64,000 bases of DNA from NCBI GenBank assembly GCA_018970325.1, contig JAGWWP010000001.1, positions 7,889-71,888 of the forward strand, given 5' to 3'. Positions 9,964 to 19,341 of the stretch are shown piece after piece; the stretch's first letter is position 1; each line of letters starts with the position of its first letter. A model generated the notes under the pieces. It was given only the letters and a program-made list of their open reading frames with translations. It ran no database searches and had not been told where the DNA came from. A program made the translations under genes and the position numbers. The stretch comes from Cyanobacteria bacterium REEB446 (GTDB lineage Bacteria; Cyanobacteriota; Vampirovibrionia; LMEP-6097).

Positions 9964-11448
9964 TTAGATTCCTGAGCTTTTTTCAAGAGGATACTTTAAT
10001 TCTAGGTTAAACTCTAATGTCTTGAGTGTTTGAGATGATTTGTTTCCTAGGCTTACATTAGAGTGTTTATTTAAAAATTCATTCATGAGATTTTTTTTAA
10101 TTCTTGATCTAGACTGATTTGCTTTGATGATTAAATCTTTTATATTAACTAGTTTGTGAGAATAGTCTTTTGTAACACTCTCTAGTTGAATAGTATTCTG
10201 GCCTAACTTAAAGGATTTATATAAGTCTTTTAACTCAGGAATTGCTGTTAGGGGAATTTTTATTTTAAAATCAGAGTTCTCTAGATTTCGATCTTTTGTG
10301 CTAGTGCTGATTTTTAATAAACCACCATTTTCCTGCATTAAACTATTTAGAGTCTGAAGGAAGGTTCCATTGGTCTCAGTGGGATCTTTTTTTGTTGAGG
10401 TTTTCTTACCAGTCTTTAAGTCTTTTAGAATGTTCTTTTTTGTAAATCCTATGGGATCTGCTAGGGGATTACTTAATTTAATATGAAGGTAAGGTTTTTT
10501 CTTGTTTGTATCTGTTTTTTTAACGATATTTATTTCAAGGTTTAATTGAGAATCTGTCGGACTATTGTCTATAGCATTAATAATAATGTTTCTAAGAATA
10601 GAGTTTAATAATATGGGATCAAACTTTATTGGAAAAACTTCTTCAGTAAACGTTTGATCAAAAGGATTTCTTGTTTCATCTGTCAATTGAGTAATGGCTT
10701 GATTATTTAGCGTGAGCCTTGTGGTTACAGATGGTGTTAATTGCCAACGATCTAATCCAACTTGATCGAAAAGCTTACCAAGATTTTTGAGAAAATCTTT
10801 ACGAGAGATTTCTTGACCAATCCCTATATTATTTTTGTTAATCTTTTCAACTCTCTCAAAAAAAGAAGAAATCAGTTTTTTTTGTTCTAAGAGAATTGCT
10901 TGGATGCCTTTTAACTCTGAAGTACCTTTCCAAATATTTTCACAAGCTTGGCGTTTGTTCTTAATTTTAGGGTTTACGAAGATGGTTGCAATTCTGCCAA
11001 AATTAGCAGATAAGTTTAAATCATGAGCTGTTAATCTTAATAAACCAGCAATTAAAGGGTTAGTAATTTCCTTGCTAGCATCTAGCAATTTTTCTTTAAA
11101 GAATCTTTCTAGTGGTACGGCTCCTTTGAGAAGCTCTTTAATTGATTCCGACTTTACTTTCTTCTCATTAATATAATGACTTATATTTTGAACCAATAAA
11201 TCAAGATAGTCGAAAGTAGGTTTTAATTGCTCAGCAAGCTTATCTAGAATTTCAGTGTTGGTTTTTCTATGGTTAGTAGGCTCCTGTATTGTTGTTAAGT
11301 TACTTGGGCTTGATAATGCTTTTATTTGTTTTAGTATTTCTGCACCCTTGCTAGCACTATTTTTAAGGGACTCCGTTTTTGAGGTCTCCTGATGATATTG
11401 ATTATTTTGCCGAGCAATGCAGTTTTGTAGTGTTATTGAATTATTCAA
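9964..11448 (-). CDS. Degenerate histidine kinase-like (HATPase_c) protein
   Basis: H-box-like LTAHDL, N-box ILRNIIINAIDNS, weak G2 (STKKDPTETNGTFL), C-terminal FKIKIPL. Confidence 0.55.
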   Translation of the reverse strand: MNNSITLQNCIARQNNQYHQETSKTESLKNSASKGAEILKQIKALSSPSNLTTIQEPTNHRKTNTEILDKLAEQLKPTFDYLDLLVQNISHYINEKKVKSESIKELLKGAVPLERFFKEKLLDASKEITNPLIAGLLRLTAHDLNLSANFGRIATIFVNPKIKNKRQACENIWKGTSELKGIQAILLEQKKLISSFFERVEKINKNNIGIGQEISRKDFLKNLGKLFDQVGLDRWQLTPSVTTRLTLNNQAITQLTDETRNPFDQTFTEEVFPIKFDPILLNSILRNIIINAIDNSPTDSQLNLEINIVKKTDTNKKKPYLHIKLSNPLADPIGFTKKNILKDLKTGKKTSTKKDPTETNGTFLQTLNSLMQENGGLLKISTSTKDRNLENSDFKIKIPLTAIPELKDLYKSFKLGQNTIQLESVTKDYSHKLVNIKDLIIKANQSRSRIKKNLMNEFLNKHSNVSLGNKSSQTLKTLEFNLELKYPLEKSSGI

Positions 11449-11562
11449 GAAGCCTCTCTATTAATCAGACCATTTAAGATAATAGCCTAAATGTGTTAGC
11501 TTAATATAATTTAATTATTGAATTTTGCTAAAATTAGTATTTCGGATTTCTGAGAATTAAAT

Positions 11563-12576
11563 TTGCTTACGGTAAGTCCTAGTACTGAAAGTCTTACGAC
11601 TAATCGGGCTTTGAATTCAAAGCCTGATTCAGAGGCGTCCTTACAAAAAGAAACTTCAAGACAGGCTTTAGATAAGATGTCAAGAGAATCTTTAGAAAAT
11701 CTTCATGGGAAAGATTCTGAAAAACCAAATTTGATACACAATTTTTTAAATAATCCTGTGCTAAATATTGCTTTAGGTTTAGCTTCGGTACTGTCAGCTG
11801 GAACGGATTTCATACATATTCCTAAGCCATTGAAGCAAATTGTAGATAAGTATTCGATAGTTTCAATTAAGGGAGCGATGATCGCTAGATACCTAGAAAC
11901 CGCAGTGGAAGCATTTAATCAAAATAGAGTAGTTGAAAGTGTCGGTCGCTTAATGGGTGTAGCAGCTTTACCATTAGTAAAATTAAATGATCTTACTTTG
12001 GCTTCTGGATTAGGTGAATTTATTCCACAGCTAGATCTTGCTCTAGAAGGTAAAGTTCAGCAAAAAAAATCTTTAAGATTCCCTAATCAGGCTGAGACTA
12101 AGTTTGAAAATTTAAAAATATGGTTTTCTTCTTTAGGAGAAGCTTATAAGGAAATATTTTCTGGAGGCTTAGGTGAAAATAGAAAGCTTTTTCCTATTGA
12201 TAAAGATGAGGGGCACACTTTAGTCATGGCAGGTACTTTAACTTTTCTTGGAGCTGCACTTGGTATGCTTTTTGGAACTAAATCTAGAGATTTAGCAAAT
12301 AAAGTATTTGGTTCAATAAGAAGTCTAGGAGGCTTAGTCGCTGATTATACTTTACTCACTCATCCTGATTCTAATATGAGAAAGACTGGAGTAGTTACTA
12401 CGATAGGTAGTATGGTAGATGGTATTCAGAGATTCTTGCCAGAGAATACTTTAAACACTATTAATCATTTAAATCTTTTAAATACTATGCTGGCGAATCA
12501 GTTTTTAACAGACAGGACTCATAATAAATCTGAGAATGATATTAAAGTCTATGGCGGCGATGCGAGCCTTTGCTAA
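11563..12576 (+). CDS. Hypothetical membrane protein
   Basis: 337-aa ORF with several hydrophobic, Gly-rich helices. Confidence 0.65.
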   Translation: MLTVSPSTESLTTNRALNSKPDSEASLQKETSRQALDKMSRESLENLHGKDSEKPNLIHNFLNNPVLNIALGLASVLSAGTDFIHIPKPLKQIVDKYSIVSIKGAMIARYLETAVEAFNQNRVVESVGRLMGVAALPLVKLNDLTLASGLGEFIPQLDLALEGKVQQKKSLRFPNQAETKFENLKIWFSSLGEAYKEIFSGGLGENRKLFPIDKDEGHTLVMAGTLTFLGAALGMLFGTKSRDLANKVFGSIRSLGGLVADYTLLTHPDSNMRKTGVVTTIGSMVDGIQRFLPENTLNTINHLNLLNTMLANQFLTDRTHNKSENDIKVYGGDASLC

Positions 12577-13969
12577 AAAAGCTATATATAATTCCATCTG
12601 TAATTAGATATGCAAAAAGAGAGACGAGGAAACCAGCTAACTGACAGGGAAACTGTACTTTAAATATCATAAAACCTAGCCAAATACTTAAACCAGAAAA
12701 TATGGCTACCTGAGCTGCTGTGCTATTAATTTTTTTCGCGAAAATCGCAAATAAAAAAGGTACGACTAAAGTAACAAGTGTTATGGTAGCGGCTTCAGTC
12801 GCTAAGTGATAAATATTACCGTTAATAAAAGCGACTATTAAACTGATGATAGTTATAGCGATAGCAGCTTGTTTTATAGAAATAGTTCTATCTATATCTC
12901 TGACTTTTTTTCTATGACCCATAAATATTAAAGCTGGTCTGACGAAATTTTCTGCAAAAACCGTTGCTGGAGCAAGGATACAGACACTTGCTGTACTCAT
13001 AATCGCAGAGAGTATGGCACCGAAGAATAAAAATTGAACTAAAACATTACCATTATGCATAACGATTTTAGGTAGAACCATCTGGCCATCAGTGAGTTCA
13101 GAGATAAGCTCGGGTTGGCTTACTTTTATACCAAGGATAATAAATGCTGGAATTAAGCTTATTGCGATATATAGAAAAGCACTGAAGATACCTGAATATT
13201 TAGCTACAGCTGCTGATTTACAGGCTTTCACTCTTTGGTATAAATCCTGCTGGGGTAAAGAGCCGATACCGACAGTAATTAAGGCACTAATGAATGTCGC
13301 TATAGACATAAAATCCATATCTGGCACTACATTAAAAAACTCTGGAGGGGTCTGCTGGATTATATTTCCGAGTCCACCTGCCGCAGAGATAATAGGAACA
13401 GCCACGGCTAATAATCCTACTATTATGATGATAGTTTGGCTCATGTCTAAAATAGAGATAGCGAGTAAGCCGCCCCACCAGACGTAAAGTAAAAATATAA
13501 TGGCACCAATTATCATGCCTATTTCTAAAGGTAGATTAACTAAGGTTTTAAGAATTACGGCGAAAGCTATATACTGAGCGGCTAGCCAGCCGACGTAACC
13601 CATGATTATACAGAAACTTGCGTAGAAACCGACTTTCGAGCCATATTTACTTTTAAAAAAACTAGCGAAGGAGAGATAAGGCATTTTATAAAAATGCTTA
13701 GAAAAAACCGCACCGATTAAAAATATACAGATAGATGCACCGAAGGGATCTTTAATAAGAGCCATAAAGCCCCTGTTCATAAACTCTGATGCTGAACCGA
13801 TGATCATTTCAGAGCCGAACCAAGTCGCAAAAAAAGCGAAGGATGAAATCCAGAATGGTAGTTTAGAACCTGCAAAGACGTAGTCTAAGGTGTTTTTATT
13901 TTTCTGGCTTATATAAAAACTAAAGCCGATATTAAACAATATATACAATGCGACCAGAGTGATTAACAT
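12542..13969 (-). CDS. Sodium:solute symporter family protein
   Basis: Many TM helices; DYVFAGSKLP, FATWFGSE, QQDLYQRV, GAILSAIMST. Confidence 0.9.
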   Translation of the reverse strand: MLITLVALYILFNIGFSFYISQKNKNTLDYVFAGSKLPFWISSFAFFATWFGSEMIIGSASEFMNRGFMALIKDPFGASICIFLIGAVFSKHFYKMPYLSFASFFKSKYGSKVGFYASFCIIMGYVGWLAAQYIAFAVILKTLVNLPLEIGMIIGAIIFLLYVWWGGLLAISILDMSQTIIIIVGLLAVAVPIISAAGGLGNIIQQTPPEFFNVVPDMDFMSIATFISALITVGIGSLPQQDLYQRVKACKSAAVAKYSGIFSAFLYIAISLIPAFIILGIKVSQPELISELTDGQMVLPKIVMHNGNVLVQFLFFGAILSAIMSTASVCILAPATVFAENFVRPALIFMGHRKKVRDIDRTISIKQAAIAITIISLIVAFINGNIYHLATEAATITLVTLVVPFLFAIFAKKINSTAAQVAIFSGLSIWLGFMIFKVQFPCQLAGFLVSLFAYLITDGIIYSFFSKGSHRRHRL

Positions 13970-14031
13970 GCTGAAATGATTATGTCATTATGCCGTCAAA
14001 AAAAAAAGTGTTTAGCCTTAGGTTATAAAAC

Positions 14032-14110
14032 TAGAGTGTGATGAAAGATACTGAGTTAATTTTCAAGCTGTGCGTTAAGCTCAGTTTTTAAACAATTTCA
14101 CCACACTCTA
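14032..14110 (-). terminator. Long imperfect hairpin between exonuclease and symporter genes (terminator or leader structure)
   Basis: TAGAGTGTGATGAAA (14032-46) pairs with TTTCACCACACTCTA (14096-110); inner ACTGAG/CTCAGT stem; T-run follows on the minus strand. Confidence 0.5.
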
Positions 14111-14135
14111 AGATTTGATCGGAAAGAAAAATATT

Positions 14136-14924
14136 TTACGCTTTTATAGACCCGCAGTATTCATCTATAAACTTTCTTTCTGAAACGCTGATATCTTCTA
14201 GGCTTGCTATCCAACTTAGATATTCAAGGTGATTCTCGTTAATTTTTTTACCTTTAAATTTTCCTTGAGCGAAGCAGAAATTATCATCTTTTAGATTAAA
14301 CCATTTCCCTGGAATACCGATCTGGCCTATGGTCTGGTGTTCTAATTCTCTTAGATCACCTTCGAAGAACTGTGGAAACTGCTGTATCTGTGCTGCTAGT
14401 ATCTCTTGAAGCTTTACGGCTGAGAATTCCATATATTCATCATCTTTATAATCCTTTCCTAGAAAGAGTTTAGCGGCATTCTTTAGTGTGTAAGGAAAGG
14501 CTTTTTTAAAGATTAGGTAAGGATCTATAAATGTAAAGTTTTCTTCAAGAAGCTGATAGCCACAGGTTCTATAAAGCTCATTCTGTAATATCTGAAAAGT
14601 AAAAGAGAAATTATAGGCGACAAAAACATTATGCGCTTCTAGCTCCTTGATTACTTCCTCCGCGATATTTTCAAAAGGCATAGCATCTTTAAGATCAGAG
14701 TTTTTAATACCATGCACTCTAGTAGCGTATTCCTGTATCTCTTTATTTGGATTAATAAGAAAGCTCTTTTCCTGACCATTACTGCCAAGTAAACTGAGCT
14801 TACAGATTCTATCTTTCTGCGGCTCTATACCTGTACTAGCTAGGCTGATAAATATAGGTTTATCTTTATCGTTCCAGAGAGTTTTTTCTGTGATAGGGTT
14901 TAGTGTATTTAATTTTTTAGACAT
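14136..14924 (-). CDS. DnaQ/DEDDh 3'-5' exonuclease-like protein, probably inactive
   Basis: Exo-fold pattern (STG..P.KDRI, LINP, ATRVHGI..SDL.DA.PF, VAYN..F), but catalytic acidic residues are substituted. Confidence 0.75.
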   Translation of the reverse strand: MSKKLNTLNPITEKTLWNDKDKPIFISLASTGIEPQKDRICKLSLLGSNGQEKSFLINPNKEIQEYATRVHGIKNSDLKDAMPFENIAEEVIKELEAHNVFVAYNFSFTFQILQNELYRTCGYQLLEENFTFIDPYLIFKKAFPYTLKNAAKLFLGKDYKDDEYMEFSAVKLQEILAAQIQQFPQFFEGDLRELEHQTIGQIGIPGKWFNLKDDNFCFAQGKFKGKKINENHLEYLSWIASLEDISVSERKFIDEYCGSIKA

Positions 14925-15040
14925 GTGATTCTCCTTTATTAGGAAGATCTTATAAAAAAATTTTCACTTAAATTTTTAATAGAGGAGAAATACGCTAGTG
15001 TTTTTAACTCTTCATCCAGCCTAGCTGCTTAAGAAAAACG

Positions 15041-15081
15041 ATCCCCTAGAACTCAGCCATTTTGAATAGGTTCTAGGGGAT
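15041..15081 (-). terminator. Probable intrinsic terminator after eno
   Basis: 12-bp stem ATCCCCTAGAAC/GTTCTAGGGGAT followed by CGTTTTTCTT on the minus strand. Confidence 0.65.
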
Positions 15082-15107
15082 AATTTTAAATATTTAAAGA
15101 GATTGGC

Positions 15108-16463
<1,356 letters not shown>

Positions 16464-16500
16464 TTATGGGTTAAGGCGGGAGTTTCTATTAATTTTTCTG

Positions 16501-16558
16501 AAAATTTCACCCCAATATTAAAATTTAGTACTAAATTTTTAAGTCAGGGTAAAATTTT
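16501..16558. promoter_or_regulatory. Nested inverted repeat (operator-like) immediately upstream of AAA ATPase gene
   Basis: Central palindrome AAAATTTAGTACTAAATTTT (16520-39) flanked by AAAATTTCACCC/GGGTAAAATTTT. Confidence 0.5.
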
Positions 16559-16564
16559 AGTATT

Positions 16565-17683
16565 ATGAAACGCTACTTAGAGGAGCAAATTAAAAACGAC
16601 CTTAAAGAAAAGATGGTTTTACTTGCGGGTCCACGTCAATGTGGCAAGACTACGCTCGGCATGAGTATTATTAAAAAAGATAAAAAACGTTATCTAAATT
16701 GGGATATATCTGAAGATAAGGAATTGATTCTCAAAAAAGCTTTCCCTAGTGAATCTGGTTACTTAGTTTTAGATGAGATTCATAAATTTGCGCGCTGGCG
16801 TAACTTATTAAAGGGTCTCTATGATGAGAGAAAAAATGATTTAAAGATTTTAGTTACAGGTTCAGCCAAATTAGATCACTATCGTCGTGGAGGTGATTCT
16901 TTGCAAGGGCGTTATCACTTATTGAGACTGCACCCTCTGAGTATAAAAGAAATAGGTAAAAAGAAACAGGAGCTTTTAATTCAGCTTCTAGATTTAGGTC
17001 CTTTCCCTGAGCCATTTCTGTCTAATGATAAGACTTCAGCCAGGCGCTGGTCTAGAGAATATAGGACTAGGTTAATTAATGAAGAGATTACTAGTCTAGA
17101 AAAAGTCTCAGAGATATCTTTATTAGACCTTTTATCACTGCGTCTTATAGATTCAGTCGGGAGTACCCTCTCTATTAACTCTCTTAGAGAAGATTTAGAA
17201 GTTTCTCACCAGACGCTGAAACGCTGGATAGAAATATTTTCTAATCTATATCACGTCTATCGCCTCTATTCTTTTGGTTCCCCTAAAATTAAGGCTGTAA
17301 AAAAAGAATCTAAATTATATTTTTTTGACTGGAATCTCATTGAAAATCAGGCTGCTCGCTTTGAAAACCTAGTCGCTAACCACCTTTTAAAATGGTGTCA
17401 CTTTATTGAAGATACAGAAGGTTACGATATGGAGCTGAGAATGTACCGTGATTTAGAGCAGCGAGAAGTGGATTTCGTTATTTTAAAAAATCGTAAGCCG
17501 ATTGAATTTATAGAAGTGAAACTCTCCAGTCAGGGATTAGATTCTAACTTAATTTACCTTAAGAAAAAGTTTCCAGAAGTCGAGGCTACACAGATTTCAT
17601 TAGAAGAGTGTGATGACCTCACGATTGGTGAATATGGGATTCGCAGGTGTTCTGCTTTGGATTATCTGTGGGAGAAGGTTTGA
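16565..17683 (+). CDS. AAA_14 + DUF4143 ATPase with C-terminal PD-(D/E)XK-like motif
   Basis: GPRQCGKTT, LVLDEIH, VTGSA, SLQGR, FENLV, REVDF...IEVK. Confidence 0.9.
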   Translation: MKRYLEEQIKNDLKEKMVLLAGPRQCGKTTLGMSIIKKDKKRYLNWDISEDKELILKKAFPSESGYLVLDEIHKFARWRNLLKGLYDERKNDLKILVTGSAKLDHYRRGGDSLQGRYHLLRLHPLSIKEIGKKKQELLIQLLDLGPFPEPFLSNDKTSARRWSREYRTRLINEEITSLEKVSEISLLDLLSLRLIDSVGSTLSINSLREDLEVSHQTLKRWIEIFSNLYHVYRLYSFGSPKIKAVKKESKLYFFDWNLIENQAARFENLVANHLLKWCHFIEDTEGYDMELRMYRDLEQREVDFVILKNRKPIEFIEVKLSSQGLDSNLIYLKKKFPEVEATQISLEECDDLTIGEYGIRRCSALDYLWEKV

Positions 17684-18960
17684 TGAAAGAATTTAATTTG
17701 TTGCTTGGTGCAGGGTTTTCTAAAGCTTTAGCGAATATTTCGACTGGACAGGAGTTTTCAGGAGAAATTTTTAATGAATTTGATAAGTCGGATGATGAAC
17801 AAGAGAGGAGTTTAGTGAATTTTAATTATGGCTCTAATTTAATTTTAAAAAAGTCTGATGAGTTATTGCCTCCTAATGGAACCATTAGTGGGAGTTTCTT
17901 AATTAACCAAAAGTCAATTAGACCTTTTCAATATCTACCGAACAAAGATAGGATGATTTCTACTATATCTATGTTTAATATTACGGATAATGAAAAAGAA
18001 GAGCATAAAAATAAAATCCAGAATACCTTCAGAAATAATTTCAATTATGAGACGGCAGCTAAGCATTTAACTAATATTATTGAATCTGCTGAGATTTTCG
18101 GTATTAACTCTGAGAAAGTTGAAAGCCTCTCCAATATTCTAAAAAAAATAAAAGAAGAAGTTTTTAAAATAACTACTAAAGACCCTATTTCTTGGCGCTT
18201 AAAAAATGGTGAAAAACAGGCTCTAAATGATTTTACTTTCTTCCTGAATTACTTACTAGATCAGGGATATACTATAAATATTTTTGATTTAAATCATGAT
18301 CAGCTAATCAGGGAGATTATTAAACAAGGAAATCTAAGTGAGGGGTATCAGGACTTTTTTAATCGTAACGAAGTAATTGATGTTTATAAATCTGATTTAA
18401 AGGCTTACAAATTTGATAGCGGTCTTTCTAAAAGAAGAATTAATCACTATAAGCTGCACGGCGATTTTCAAATAATTAGGGATTACTATCAGGGCTGGGC
18501 TTTATTAGCAAAATTTTCAGCTACTAATAAATACACATGGTCGAGAGGAAATAATACCGATTGGTTGTCATTACTCACTGACAGCTTACTCTTTCAGGGT
18601 GAAGCAAAAGCTAATAGTATTTTTAGTAGTCTCTACCATAGTTTTGCTTTTACTGATTTCTTTAAAGCTGTTCAAAGCAATGAACCTTTGATGATAATTG
18701 GTTATGGTGGCGGAGATAGTCATATTAACTCTGTTTTAGATAATCGCTTAAAGAATCACCGTGGTTATAATTGTGTTAAACTCTCACGAAATGGAGATAA
18801 AGTATTATTCTCTTGTAATGAATTTACAGAAACTATTCTGAAACAAGTTTTTATAAATCTTCAAGGTGATTACAATCCTAATTTATTTTATTCAAGAGAA
18901 GGATTTGAACAGGGTTTTCTTCCAGTCTTTCGTACATGCCTTAAGCAATACTATGTTTAA
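17683..18960 (+). CDS. SIR2-like domain protein (SIR2_2 type), candidate NADase effector
   Basis: LLLGAGFS, DLNHD (TTNYD-like), YKLHGDF, IIGYGGGDSHIN; ATG overlaps the upstream TGA (TGATG). Confidence 0.75.
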   Translation: MKEFNLLLGAGFSKALANISTGQEFSGEIFNEFDKSDDEQERSLVNFNYGSNLILKKSDELLPPNGTISGSFLINQKSIRPFQYLPNKDRMISTISMFNITDNEKEEHKNKIQNTFRNNFNYETAAKHLTNIIESAEIFGINSEKVESLSNILKKIKEEVFKITTKDPISWRLKNGEKQALNDFTFFLNYLLDQGYTINIFDLNHDQLIREIIKQGNLSEGYQDFFNRNEVIDVYKSDLKAYKFDSGLSKRRINHYKLHGDFQIIRDYYQGWALLAKFSATNKYTWSRGNNTDWLSLLTDSLLFQGEAKANSIFSSLYHSFAFTDFFKAVQSNEPLMIIGYGGGDSHINSVLDNRLKNHRGYNCVKLSRNGDKVLFSCNEFTETILKQVFINLQGDYNPNLFYSREGFEQGFLPVFRTCLKQYYV

Positions 18961-19198
18961 TTTTCAAATATAGTGAATCCGCACAAAGATCAATCCCATT
19001 AAGCCATTGAAGTGAACGCTTATCAGAAGAAATTTTCACTTGTTTAAAATTTTCTATATTTTCTAAGGCTTGAAAAACACCTTTGCCAACTTTTTCAGAA
19101 AGATCTATCTCGCCAGTAACACCATCTTCAAAGCTTAATAGGAGCTTATATGCTTCAAGAGCTATGCAGGACTGGATTTTATGAAATGGTTTGCTCAT
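18941..19198 (-). CDS. DUF2442 family protein (antitoxin-like)
   Basis: YKLLLSFEDG...DL....KGVF..L....F.QV......LQW.NGIDLCADSLY pattern. Confidence 0.8.
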   Translation of the reverse strand: MSKPFHKIQSCIALEAYKLLLSFEDGVTGEIDLSEKVGKGVFQALENIENFKQVKISSDKRSLQWLNGIDLCADSLYLKIKHSIA

Positions 19199-19241
19199 AA
19201 CTAATGTATTGTACATAACGCTGCTTAAATTTATATTCTAA

Positions 19242-19313
19242 TTCATATGAACCGCACTTCATAAAATTTCATAAAAAATATTTTTATGAATTAGATTTCA
19301 TAGATTTTATGAA
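19242..19313. promoter_or_regulatory. Cluster of TTCATA/TATGAA inverted repeats upstream of DUF2442 gene
   Basis: TTCATATGAA, TTCATAAAAAATATTTTTATGAA (19268-90), TTCATAGATTTTATGAA (19297-313), plus one extra half-site. Confidence 0.55.
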
Positions 19314-19341
19314 AGCCTTGTAAATTAATTAGAGGGCTTAA

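Noticed and set aside
17647..17682. Longer GTG start for the SIR2-like ORF
   Set aside because: It overlaps the AAA gene; the ATG at 17683 has a GGAG RBS and places the GAG motif at the usual N-terminal position.
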